Origin: a virus
Lineage: Duplodnaviria > Caudoviricetes
Reading direction: 5' to 3' (one strand)
Virus record (IMG/VR): IMGVR_UViG_3300020161_003517
Span: 1 to 34,024 of that record
DNA length: 34,024 nt
Shown here: positions 9,856 through 18,928 of the stretch, in pieces
Layout: each line of letters begins with the position of its first letter
Numbering within the stretch: position 1 is the stretch's first letter
The notes under the pieces: model-generated
Databases searched by the model: none
What the model saw: the letters and a program-made list of their open reading frames with translations, nothing else
Told to the model about the DNA's origin: nothing
Program-made: the position numbers and the translations under genes

Positions 9856-10659
9856 ATGGAAAATGATAAGATAGAAATTACAAAAGAAGAAATACAGTCT
9901 TGGAATGTGTTCTTTGCGATCCCATGCTATAACTCCGTAGTTACGGAACCATTTTTTACTTCATTTTTGAAAACTAGTATATATTTAAATTCTATAGGCC
10001 TAAACTGGACATTATGCACCATAGCTGATTCTTTAATAAATAGAGCAAGAAATAATTTAATAGCTAAATTTTTGGGCAATAAAGAATGTACCCACATAAT
10101 GTTTATTGATTCAGATATTCAATTTGATCACGAATCAATCGTTAAGCTTCTTTGGCATGACAAGGAAATTATAACAGGTTCATATCCAATTAAAGAAATA
10201 GATTGGAAAAAAGTTAAAGAATTATCGGTAGAAGATGTTGCACATGAAGATTTGTTATCTAAGTCAACAAAACACGTTGTTCATTTAGCAAAGGAAAATC
10301 AAACTACTGTCAATGTAGAAAAAGGTGCGATAGAAGTTTTCGAAGCCGGAACTGGTTTTATGTTGATAAAGCGTGAAGCTTTGGAAAAAATGATGGAACA
10401 GTATGGGGAATACAAGTATCTAGACGACACCGGTGCCCTTAGTCCAGACGAAATAGACTATGGCTACGCTTTTTTCAATTCGTACGTAGATGAAACTGGA
10501 AGATTTCTTTCGGAAGATTATGGGTTTTGTAGATATTGGCAAAATATAGGTGGAAAGATATGGTTGGACCCATCTATAAATCTTTCCCATTTTGGGACTA
10601 TGAAGTTCACTTCTAGTATTCAAGATTATATTAACTCTACATTGCAATTTAATCCTTAG
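9856..10659 (+). CDS. GT-A fold (GT2-like) glycosyltransferase
   Basis: AIPCY, RARNNL, MFIDSD (DxD), GTGFMLIKR, SEDYGFC motifs. Confidence 0.8.
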   Translation: MENDKIEITKEEIQSWNVFFAIPCYNSVVTEPFFTSFLKTSIYLNSIGLNWTLCTIADSLINRARNNLIAKFLGNKECTHIMFIDSDIQFDHESIVKLLWHDKEIITGSYPIKEIDWKKVKELSVEDVAHEDLLSKSTKHVVHLAKENQTTVNVEKGAIEVFEAGTGFMLIKREALEKMMEQYGEYKYLDDTGALSPDEIDYGYAFFNSYVDETGRFLSEDYGFCRYWQNIGGKIWLDPSINLSHFGTMKFTSSIQDYINSTLQFNP

Positions 10660-10685
10660 AACACAATAGTTTTTTAGTATGAGCA

Positions 10686-10693
10686 TTACTATA
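10686..10693 (+). promoter_or_regulatory. Candidate late promoter motif TTACTATA
   Basis: Intergenic, about 43 nt before fibre B start (AGGAG RBS). Confidence 0.65.
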
Positions 10694-10735
10694 TCTAAGG
10701 TTAACCAATTTAGCGATATTTAGCATAGGAGCAAA

Positions 10736-13700
10736 ATGGCTCGTTTAAGGATAGAAACTGCCCCACAAATCACCGTATATGACGAGTCTGCTATTTTTCA
10801 GGCAGCTTCTGGGGCAACAGCTAATTTAGTAGAATTTAAAAATTCATCCAATACAGTAGTTGCCTCTGTTAGCGTGGAAGGCAATACCGTTATTGCAGGA
10901 AACCTTGCCCTCACCGGAAACCTCACCGTAACAGGGACAACAATTGCTTCAGCTAATGCAAATACTTTAACTGGAACAACACTTAAGTCTACGGTCTTAA
11001 ATTCAAGCCTTACATCTGTTGGCACTTTATCTTCTCTTGCGGTTTCTGGATCAGCAACCATATCGGCAAACGTGACCGCAAACAACGCTAGCATTACAAA
11101 TAACCTAAGTGTTGGCGGTAACCTTTCTGTCACTGGAAATATAATAACTGTTAACACCACTACGTTAATGGTGGAAGATAACAAGATAGTCATTAACTCA
11201 ACAGCATCGGGTGTCCCATCTGAAAACGGTGTTATAGAAGTGGAAAGAGGGTCTAGCGATAATGTTTCTATTAGATGGAACGAAACAACAGACGCTTGGC
11301 AGCTTACAAATGATGGGACAACCTTTGCGGATGTACAGGCTTCAGTAACTGCTGGAGCAGGTCTTTCTAGAACTGCTAATACTATAAATGTTGTTTCAGC
11401 TAACTCTTCAAGGATAAATGTAGGCGCAGGAAACATAGACCTAGCTACGGTCACTCAAACAAACACGACGGGTTCAGCAGGTGTGTCTTTTGTCCAGTCG
11501 CATTCAGTAGACGCCTATGGAAGAATAGATGGCACAGTAACCGCATCGATTAGAGATGCTGACACCACAGTAAAAGGAATTGCGCTCTTCAGTGCTGGTG
11601 ATTTTAGTGTTAGTTCTGGCGAAGTAACAATAAAGAATTCTGGCGTAGACAATGCCCAACTAGCTAATTCTTCTTTCACGATTAATGGTACGAGTATAAA
11701 CCTAGGAGAGACAAGCACTATTACGGCAAATGCTGCTACATTAACTGGCACGATGTTGCCAGTAACCGTGGTTGGATCTTCCCTTACTTCTGTTGGTACT
11801 TTAACCACTGGAGTTTGGAATGGATCACCAATCGGGATTGCTTATGGTGGAACCGGCCAAGCAACTGCTCCTTTGGCTTTAACTGCTCTCTTGCCAACTC
11901 AAACATCAAACTCTGGCAAGTATCTTAAGACTTCCGGTACAGAAGCTTCTTGGGGTGCTTTAACTGTTTCAGATATTTCAGAGATTACTGCATCAGCTGC
12001 AGAATTAAATATTTTAGATGGTGCGACTCTTTCTACTTCTGAGTTAAATTACGTAGACGGAGTAACAAGCTCAATACAAACTCAGCTAGATGCTAAACTA
12101 GCTACGGCAACCGCAAGCTCTACATACGAAACTATCACAAACGTAAACCTTAAAGCCGATATAGCATCGCCAACTTTTACAGGCGTTCCATCAGCACCCA
12201 CTGCAAATACTGCAACAAATACAACTCAAGTTGCAACAACAGCTTTTGTTAAGAGCGTCATTAGTGATTTAGTCGGAACAGCGGCAGCTAACCTTGACAC
12301 TCTTGGGGAAATATCTGATGCATTGAACGATGACGCAAACTATGCTGCTACAATAGTTACTGCCTTAGCCCTAAAAGCCCCATTGGCTAACCCAACATTT
12401 ACTGGGACTGTTGCTGGAATAACAAAGGCAATGGTTAACTTAACATCGGTAGACGATACAAGCGATGCTAACAAGCCCGTATCTACAGCTCAGCAAGCTG
12501 CTCTTGATCTTAAAGCAAACCTTGCTAACCCTAGTCTTACCGGTGTACCAACAGCACCAACCGCTGCTTCAACAACAAACACAGTTCAAATTGCTACTAC
12601 GGAATTTGTTCAGCAAGAGATAACAGCGCTCGTTGGTGGGGCACCTGGTGCTCTTAATACGCTTAATGAATTAGCAACAGCTTTAGGAAATAACGCCTCA
12701 TTTTCCACAACCGTAACAAGCAGCATTGCCCTTAAGGCTCCGATTGATGCTCCAACTTTTACTGGCACTGTTACGATACCTGCTGGAGCGTTAATCTCTG
12801 GTTACGCAACGCTTGCTAATCCAACATTTACTGGCACAGTTGTTGGTATTACAAAGTCGATGGTTGGTTTAGGTAACGTTGACAATACAGCAGACGCAGC
12901 AAAACCAGTTTCCGCAGATCAGCAAGCTGCCCTTAATCTTAAGGCTGATATAGCATCTCCAACATTTACTGGAGTTGTCACGATACCCGCTAATGCAGTT
13001 ATTTCAGGCTATGCCACTACAATGAGCCCTGCTCTTTCTGGTACTCCTACTGCACCTACTGCAGCAGTAGCAACCAATACTACTCAAATTGCTACTACAG
13101 AATTTGTTCGTGGGGAGGTTGCAGCACTTGTAAATAGTGCTGGTGCAACATTGGATACTCTTGGCGAAATTGCTACTGCACTTGGAAACGATGCTAACCT
13201 TTCTGCAACCCTTACAGCCAGTATTGGACTTAAAGCTAACACAGCTTCACCAACATTTACTGGTAATGTTACTATTCCCGCTGGAGCAAACATTTCTGGT
13301 TACGTAACGCTTACTGGTTCGGAAACATTAACAAACAAGACATTTACAAGCCCAGTAACAAACAGCCCTACTCTAACTTTGGCAACATCATCTTCTACAA
13401 CAGATGCCAGAATTTCTTGGGATACTACAAACAAAAAGCTGCAAGTTGGCGATGGAACAAAAACAGTAGACTTTGTTGCTTCCCACATCGTAACTAATGC
13501 CCAAGTAGCTAGCTATACGTTAGTGCTTTCAGACAAAGACAAAATGGTTGAAATATCAAATGCTTCGGCAAACACTTTGACTGTTCCGCCGAATTCATCT
13601 GTAGCGTTCCCAGTTGGAAGTCAAATTAGAATTCTTCAAACAAACTCTGGGCAATGTACAATTACAGCAGGAGCTGGTGTCACAGTCAACGGAACTCCAG

Positions 13701-13789
13701 GCTTGAAGTTGCGTGCACAGTGGTCGTCTGCTACTCTTGTAAAGAGAGCAACAGACACATGGGTTCTAATAGGAGACTTGGCAGCATAA
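10736..13789 (+). CDS. Long fibre protein B (paralog of fibre A)
   Basis: 1017 aa; shares EVERG..DNVSI.W.E..D.W..TNDG, the SPTFTG/APTA/TTQIATT repeats and the C-terminal TPGLKLRAQWSSATLVK...TWVLIGDLAA with 3349..6684. Confidence 0.8.
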   Translation: MARLRIETAPQITVYDESAIFQAASGATANLVEFKNSSNTVVASVSVEGNTVIAGNLALTGNLTVTGTTIASANANTLTGTTLKSTVLNSSLTSVGTLSSLAVSGSATISANVTANNASITNNLSVGGNLSVTGNIITVNTTTLMVEDNKIVINSTASGVPSENGVIEVERGSSDNVSIRWNETTDAWQLTNDGTTFADVQASVTAGAGLSRTANTINVVSANSSRINVGAGNIDLATVTQTNTTGSAGVSFVQSHSVDAYGRIDGTVTASIRDADTTVKGIALFSAGDFSVSSGEVTIKNSGVDNAQLANSSFTINGTSINLGETSTITANAATLTGTMLPVTVVGSSLTSVGTLTTGVWNGSPIGIAYGGTGQATAPLALTALLPTQTSNSGKYLKTSGTEASWGALTVSDISEITASAAELNILDGATLSTSELNYVDGVTSSIQTQLDAKLATATASSTYETITNVNLKADIASPTFTGVPSAPTANTATNTTQVATTAFVKSVISDLVGTAAANLDTLGEISDALNDDANYAATIVTALALKAPLANPTFTGTVAGITKAMVNLTSVDDTSDANKPVSTAQQAALDLKANLANPSLTGVPTAPTAASTTNTVQIATTEFVQQEITALVGGAPGALNTLNELATALGNNASFSTTVTSSIALKAPIDAPTFTGTVTIPAGALISGYATLANPTFTGTVVGITKSMVGLGNVDNTADAAKPVSADQQAALNLKADIASPTFTGVVTIPANAVISGYATTMSPALSGTPTAPTAAVATNTTQIATTEFVRGEVAALVNSAGATLDTLGEIATALGNDANLSATLTASIGLKANTASPTFTGNVTIPAGANISGYVTLTGSETLTNKTFTSPVTNSPTLTLATSSSTTDARISWDTTNKKLQVGDGTKTVDFVASHIVTNAQVASYTLVLSDKDKMVEISNASANTLTVPPNSSVAFPVGSQIRILQTNSGQCTITAGAGVTVNGTPGLKLRAQWSSATLVKRATDTWVLIGDLAA

Positions 13790-13790
13790 T

Positions 13791-14241
13791 ATGAGCGTAA
13801 CAGGTGACGAATCAGGAGTTAGAAAAGCTATAGTCCCTACCGTAACTGGACGGAAAAGATAGCACCGCTAATACGGCCATCACAACCGCTGGTTTTCGCG
13901 TTGGCACAATCACCAACGTTTCTACTGCTGTGTCAGGAGAGTTAGGTGACGTAACAGCCCAAGTTCAAACTGCAGGTGTTTTAATAACTTTGGACACCCC
14001 AATAGATTACACTAGAAAAAGCCCATTCTTTCCTCCTTATTTCCCGCCATATTTCCCACCATATTTCCCACCGTATTTCCCACCGTATTTCCCACCATTC
14101 TTCCCGCCATTTTTCCCACCTTATTTCCCACCATTCTTCCCACCATTTTTCCCGCCATTCTTCCCGCCATTCTTCCCACCATTCTTCCCACCGTTTTTCC
14201 CACCGTTCTTCCCGCCGTTCTTCCCACCGTTCTTTAAGTAA
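13791..14241 (+). CDS. PASTA-domain protein with (PP[FY]F)n tail, copy 2; needs +1 frameshift at CGG-A 13851-13854 (about 149 aa)
   Basis: ATG 13791 lies 1 nt after the fibre stop and reads MSVTGDESGVRKAIVPTVTG. After CGGA the +1 frame reads KDSTANTAITTAGFRVGTITNVSTAVSGELGDV...DYTRKSPFF(PPxF)17K. The zero frame stops at TAG 13860. Confidence 0.8.
14023..14235 (+). repeat. 12-bp coding tandem repeat: PFF + 17 PPYF/PPFF units
   Basis: 5x PPYF, 2x PPFF, PPYF, 9x PPFF, with synonymous variation. Confidence 0.95.
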
Positions 14242-14307
14242 ATACGGCAAATAGGAAAACCCACCCCATAAAAAGAGTGGGCTATTCTAGTTAGAATAGA
14301 AACTTGT

Positions 14308-14940
14308 TTATACTAATTTAGTAATAGTATAAAAAGATGGTGTAGTAAATCTCTCACCAGAAGTAACCATTCTTACACCGTGAAGGTAGTTGATATCTCC
14401 AGGATGAGCAACAGCTAAGCCAGGCTCAGGTTTTACTTCTATATCGTGTTGAGGGTAGTAAAGTTCCCCGCCCTCAAAATTGTCGTTATAATATATTAAA
14501 GAATTTAAATCGTAGTTAGGGAAAGGATTAGGGGATCCATCATTTAGCTGCTTGTCGGCATGCGGTCTTTGTTCTAGTCCTGGAAACCATCTTATTATTA
14601 CTGGTGGTCTAGTCGATAACTTTACATTAAAGGTATCTTCTAAAAAGTATTTCATTTTAAGAATATATTTATCAACTATGTTATATATTTCTAGGTTAAT
14701 TCTAGACAATATTTCCCCGCTACACTGCCTATTAGACCAATAAGAAGCATCGTAGGTACAGGTACCATCTTCTGAATAAATGTTTTCGCCGGCATCCATC
14801 CATTCGTTAATTGTTGGAACAAATTTTTCGATTTTTTTTAGATCATCAAGTTCAACAAAATTCTTAATAATTTTTATATTATCAATAGAGCTACCAAAAT
14901 GGCCTGGTTCAATTAATGATTTTTCATCGTTAGGGTTCAT
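14308..14940 (-). CDS. 2OG-Fe(II) oxygenase, prolyl 4-hydroxylase-like
   Basis: HAD...YYNDNFEGGELYY...LHGV...R motifs. Start reassigned to ATG 14940 (AAGGA RBS). Only credible minus-strand gene. Confidence 0.85.
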   Translation of the reverse strand: MNPNDEKSLIEPGHFGSSIDNIKIIKNFVELDDLKKIEKFVPTINEWMDAGENIYSEDGTCTYDASYWSNRQCSGEILSRINLEIYNIVDKYILKMKYFLEDTFNVKLSTRPPVIIRWFPGLEQRPHADKQLNDGSPNPFPNYDLNSLIYYNDNFEGGELYYPQHDIEVKPEPGLAVAHPGDINYLHGVRMVTSGERFTTPSFYTITKLV

Positions 14941-14987
14941 AGTCTTCCTTCTTGGTAAGAATGGTGTTGTTTGTTGTGCATGTCCTA

Positions 14988-14996
14988 TGGTATAGT
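14988..14996 (+). promoter_or_regulatory. Possible extended -10 promoter (TGGTATAGT) in divergent intergenic region
   Basis: TGn-TATAGT upstream of ATG 15040. Confidence 0.4.
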
Positions 14997-15039
14997 GTAT
15001 CATCTAGAACTAACCCCTATCCATAAGAAGGAGAAATTT

Positions 15040-15762
15040 ATGGAATACTTTCATGTTGGCGATCCAAAGCTTGGGTTTCATTTATACAAGAACGCTATAT
15101 CAAAAGATTTGAGAACATCTGAAAGACTAGAAGAGACTATAGGTGACAGCACTGATCAACTCTTTAAATGGTCAGAAGCAATGGTTGGCTATAACACAAA
15201 GATGCCAGAGTATAGAGATTGCGTTGATTTAAAGATCAGTCCAGCTCATTGGCCATATTTAACTGAACAGTTCAAAGAAGTTAAAGCAGTGTACGACGAC
15301 ATAAACAACTGCCTAACACCTTGCTTGAACCATTACGAATCTCGATATAATTTTAAAATGGAATTTATGGAAGCTATAAATTTTGTTAGATATCAGCCTG
15401 GTCAGCACTTTTCTGTACATAGCGACCATGGATTTTCCTATAGTTGTACGCTGTCTTCTGTTATGTACTTGAACGATGATTACGAGGGAGGGGAGCTATG
15501 GTTCCCTTACTTGGATATAAAGTTTAAGCCAGAGTATGGAGACATAGTCTTATTTCCTTCGACTTATATTTTCGCGCATGCATCCCTTAAAGTTACAAGC
15601 GGAGTAAAGTACGCTGCTGTAACAATGTTTGACTACAATGATGTTAATCATAAAAATACTTCCTATGGCTCAAATGCACCTGAACAAAAAAGTATTGATA
15701 CTAAAGATACAGTAATTGCCAAAGGATCAAATGATCCAATCCTAAAGGGAATAACAAAATGA
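15040..15762 (+). CDS. 2OG-Fe(II) oxygenase, prolyl 4-hydroxylase-like
   Basis: HSD...YLNDDYEGGELWF...FPS...AH motifs; start ATG 15040 after AAGGAG. Confidence 0.85.
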   Translation: MEYFHVGDPKLGFHLYKNAISKDLRTSERLEETIGDSTDQLFKWSEAMVGYNTKMPEYRDCVDLKISPAHWPYLTEQFKEVKAVYDDINNCLTPCLNHYESRYNFKMEFMEAINFVRYQPGQHFSVHSDHGFSYSCTLSSVMYLNDDYEGGELWFPYLDIKFKPEYGDIVLFPSTYIFAHASLKVTSGVKYAAVTMFDYNDVNHKNTSYGSNAPEQKSIDTKDTVIAKGSNDPILKGITK

Positions 15763-16463
15763 CAATAGTTACTTTAACAAAAACCCATCAAAGCCCACCA
15801 GTGATAAAGCAGTCTCAAATTAGAAGAGACTGGATGGACGAAACCTATAAGAAGCACGCCTACCAGTGCATGCCTATGACTGTCGCTAATGTGTATGGCT
15901 GGGAGCTTCAAATGGAGGAAGACCTAGTGGTCCAGTGGGATGGTGGGAATACTCCGCCAACAATATTATCTGGGCAAACTACGTCGTCTGGTAGAGAACA
16001 AGCCAACGCATCAATCATAGGCATGGTTTCTATTAATATGGGCTGGGCAATAAACACTGAGCCAGGTTACTCTCTGTGGATGTCCGGATCCCCTAACTAC
16101 TTTTTAGATGGGGCTTCTGCTTTGACTGCAACCATCCCTAGTTCATGGTGGCCAGATGAATCTCAAATGAATTGGAAGATTACAAAAATAGGTGAACCAG
16201 TAACTTTTCCAGCCGGGTCACCATTCTGTTTTTTTAATATATACGATAATACACTGCTCGAATCAGTAGAGTTTAAAGTAGAAAATCTATGGGACAAACA
16301 CCAGTTGATGAACGATAGAGCAGAATATGGGGAAATGAAAATGAAGAATAATACAGAGAACCCATGGACTTGGACAAAGGGGATTAAGACAGGCTTGGAT
16401 GCAAAAGGCAATAGTATTGGCCCATCATTTGCAGGCTTACCATCTTTTAATGAACCTGAATAG
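15759..16463 (+). CDS. DUF6065-like protein
   Basis: RRDWMD...AYQCMPMTVANVYGW, GSPNY, MNWKIT...F..GSPFC motifs recalled for this oxygenase-associated family; ATGA overlap with the upstream gene. Confidence 0.6.
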   Translation: MTIVTLTKTHQSPPVIKQSQIRRDWMDETYKKHAYQCMPMTVANVYGWELQMEEDLVVQWDGGNTPPTILSGQTTSSGREQANASIIGMVSINMGWAINTEPGYSLWMSGSPNYFLDGASALTATIPSSWWPDESQMNWKITKIGEPVTFPAGSPFCFFNIYDNTLLESVEFKVENLWDKHQLMNDRAEYGEMKMKNNTENPWTWTKGIKTGLDAKGNSIGPSFAGLPSFNEPE

Positions 16464-16485
16464 GTTGTGATCACCTGGAAACCCT

Positions 16486-16493
16486 TTACTATA
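16486..16493 (+). promoter_or_regulatory. Candidate late promoter motif TTACTATA
   Basis: Intergenic, about 41 nt before ATG 16534. Confidence 0.6.
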
Positions 16494-16533
16494 GTGCAGG
16501 GCGAGATACTGCCGACTAAGCTTTAGGAGCATA

Positions 16534-16866
16534 ATGTTTTTTACTATTGAAAAAATTGAAAAACTTAATTTAGCAAAAATTACTTTAGAGGAAACAGAAG
16601 AAAAGCTTCAAACTGTACTTTTAAGAGAACCAATATTGCTAAAAGATTTTACGATAGAATCTTTTATACCAGAAACAGATTTTAAATTTTTCGAAGATAG
16701 GTTTTTTAACGAAGAAACTAAAGCTTGGGAAGAAGTAAATGGAGTTATGTCTTCAGAAAAAAAGCACTTAAATCCCTTAGTCGAACTTCACGCTCGAGTC
16801 GATTTTTTAGTTACTTCCATAAAACAGTGCAAGAAAAAAATAAAGGAGTTAGGACATAATGTTTAA
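16534..16866 (+). CDS. Hypothetical protein
   Basis: 110 aa, AGGAG RBS. Confidence 0.6.
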   Translation: MFFTIEKIEKLNLAKITLEETEEKLQTVLLREPILLKDFTIESFIPETDFKFFEDRFFNEETKAWEEVNGVMSSEKKHLNPLVELHARVDFLVTSIKQCKKKIKELGHNV

Positions 16867-17110
16867 TTTATCAGAAGAACAAAGAGCAAAAGCAAAAGCA
16901 AACAGCATTAAGGCTAAAGAAACAGTGTTATATAAGCTTTTGCTGGATTTAGGCATAGACCCAGATTCTATCCCGGTAGATGGTAATATACCAGTCCCTA
17001 GCGAAGCAGATGCGGCTTATCCTTTAAGTTTGGGTGCATTAAAATATGCTCCTTCAATTGTAGCTTATAATTTGATAGAAGAAATTAAGTCCTTAAGGCA
17101 GGGTAACTAA
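16859..17110 (+). CDS. Hypothetical protein
   Basis: 83 aa, AGGA RBS, overlaps upstream stop. Confidence 0.6.
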   Translation: MFNLSEEQRAKAKANSIKAKETVLYKLLLDLGIDPDSIPVDGNIPVPSEADAAYPLSLGALKYAPSIVAYNLIEEIKSLRQGN

Positions 17111-17344
17111 ATGGCAAGACTACAAATACCACAGTCAAAGATAAATACTTTACAGATGCAAGCTGAAAAGAACAATACATTTATTGAATCTATGATTAAT
17201 TTGTCTAACGAGGAAGTTATTGCTATAACGCAAAGCTCTATAGACGAGCACTTAAATTCAACTGACCACGATCATTCGTGCGTATTATGCCATAATATTC
17301 TTGTCGGAAGTGAATTGTTCACTTCGGTAGAAAACGGAGCTTAA
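17111..17344 (+). CDS. Hypothetical protein with HDHSCVLCH possible metal-binding motif
   Basis: 77 aa, abuts upstream stop. Confidence 0.55.
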   Translation: MARLQIPQSKINTLQMQAEKNNTFIESMINLSNEEVIAITQSSIDEHLNSTDHDHSCVLCHNILVGSELFTSVENGA

Positions 17345-17346
17345 TC

Positions 17347-17604
17347 ATGAAGTATAATAAAGAGCAACACGAAGCTAAAATAATCGAAAACCTGTTTTCT
17401 CTTTTCTTAATTTTAGGGATTGAAGAAAATAGACTAGACACAGTTACTCCAGAAGAGCTCTTAGCAGCCGTGGAAGAAACTTATCCATTACTAGCTGGGT
17501 CAGACAGAAACGCAACTAGTACAATAACTAAAGAGCGCAAAAGAATGATAAAAGCATGTCAAGAAAACTTGTATTATTATAAGTTAATAAAGAAAAGAGT
17601 ATAA
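17347..17604 (+). CDS. Hypothetical protein
   Basis: 85 aa, GGAG RBS, tight operon packing. Confidence 0.6.
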   Translation: MKYNKEQHEAKIIENLFSLFLILGIEENRLDTVTPEELLAAVEETYPLLAGSDRNATSTITKERKRMIKACQENLYYYKLIKKRV

Positions 17605-17606
17605 CA

Positions 17607-18332
17607 ATGGCCCAAAGACTAAACCTTTTTACTAGCATGCTTAAAGCTGTTAATTACAGCAATACTCATTATGATGAGATTATTTCAGAGCAAGACCTTA
17701 TTAGTATGGCTTCCTCTGTATACTCTAACGAAATTGGGTTAGAGGCAGATAGATCAGTAGAGTCAATTGGGGTTTTCCCAAATAGCCTGTATACTTACGA
17801 GCAAGTAAGTAATGGCCATACTGATATTATGGCAGCTATTCGCTTAGTTGCTCTTCAGTTAGAGATGGTACTGAAATTGGCAAAACCAACTGGAGTTCTA
17901 TTTTTTAAATCAGCATTTATGGCAGCCCCCCACAACTACCTAAACAGCCTACTCTCATGCCCCGTTTATGTTCCAGTTGATGAAGATCTTTATAGGTCAG
18001 AAAATAATTGGCTTAATGGCCCAACACCTTTAAGTACAGTGAGTAGCTCAGATATAGAACAGGGAATAATTCCTGCAGACGTAAATGTGGTAGTATTTTA
18101 TAGCACAGCTTTAGTATCCAGCATTGATACAGATATAGTCACTAACGTCTTTGATTCTTTGCCATCTGGTGGTATAATGATTTTTATGGAAAATAACAAT
18201 TTTCAAACTACATATGTAGCGCCTGAAGTAGACTTATACCATGATTTAGCTGAATTAATTAAATCTATAAATAACTCTAAATCATATCACATACCCACCG
18301 GAACAGGCTTTACCGTATTAATTAAGGACTAG
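17607..18332 (+). CDS. Divergent class I SAM O-methyltransferase-like protein
   Basis: C-terminal FDSLPSGGIMIF.EN and HIPTGTGFTVLIK resemble the O-methyltransferase end (L.PGG....DN...LP.GDG+T+). No clear glycine-rich SAM motif seen. Confidence 0.4.
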   Translation: MAQRLNLFTSMLKAVNYSNTHYDEIISEQDLISMASSVYSNEIGLEADRSVESIGVFPNSLYTYEQVSNGHTDIMAAIRLVALQLEMVLKLAKPTGVLFFKSAFMAAPHNYLNSLLSCPVYVPVDEDLYRSENNWLNGPTPLSTVSSSDIEQGIIPADVNVVVFYSTALVSSIDTDIVTNVFDSLPSGGIMIFMENNNFQTTYVAPEVDLYHDLAELIKSINNSKSYHIPTGTGFTVLIKD

Positions 18333-18336
18333 ATAA

Positions 18337-18927
18337 ATGGCTGGGGTTTTAATAGTAGATGTTAAATCCACCTATGAAAATGCGTGTATCTTTTCTGCAG
18401 TCTGGTCAAGTGTTTGGCCACAAATAGCAGCTGACGCTGGTTATTCTACAGAGCAAATAGTACGTAGATTAAAGCATAGAGACATAGAATGGTGGATGAA
18501 AGCCATACAACACATGCCTGTGGCTTTTTATGCAAAAAATGAAAATGGTAATACTGGGATATTTTATCTTATGTATGATGTTGATTTTCTTGCTATAGAC
18601 AATATAGACGTCAGCGAACAAGAAAAATCAAAAGAGGGCGCAATCCCAGCTATTTATATGTTTTGCGAAAATTCAACTTGGGGTACAGATCTTACTAGAG
18701 AGATGACTAAAAATTACGCAAGTAAAAGCCTTAAGGCTGGTTATAAAAAATCTGGTGGTTGGATACTAAAGTCAAATAAAAGATCATTATCTACTGTTTC
18801 TAAATTTAGTAAAAACGGATATTGGGTTAAACATTCAGATACACTAAGCCCAATTTGGGATAAAGAAATAGGTTTTGAATATTGGATTTTTGATAATGAA
18901 AAATATTCAGAAAGATTTAAAAACTAA
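18337..18927 (+). CDS. Possible GNAT-fold acetyltransferase
   Basis: AIYMF....WGTDLTREM and GWILKSNKRS resemble GNAT motifs A and B. Confidence 0.4.
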   Translation: MAGVLIVDVKSTYENACIFSAVWSSVWPQIAADAGYSTEQIVRRLKHRDIEWWMKAIQHMPVAFYAKNENGNTGIFYLMYDVDFLAIDNIDVSEQEKSKEGAIPAIYMFCENSTWGTDLTREMTKNYASKSLKAGYKKSGGWILKSNKRSLSTVSKFSKNGYWVKHSDTLSPIWDKEIGFEYWIFDNEKYSERFKN

Positions 18928-18928
18928 A

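Noticed and set aside
6825-14250. Minus-strand ORFs with WREE, GRMA or GGKN repeats (6825-7207 and 13981-14250)
   Set aside because: Shadow frames of the PPFF repeat. Variation is synonymous in the plus-strand PP[FY]F frame, which also fits operon direction.
14260-14281. CCCAC...GTGGG hairpin between convergent genes as a terminator
   Set aside because: Short stem with a large loop and weak U-tracts; plausible but not well enough supported to list.
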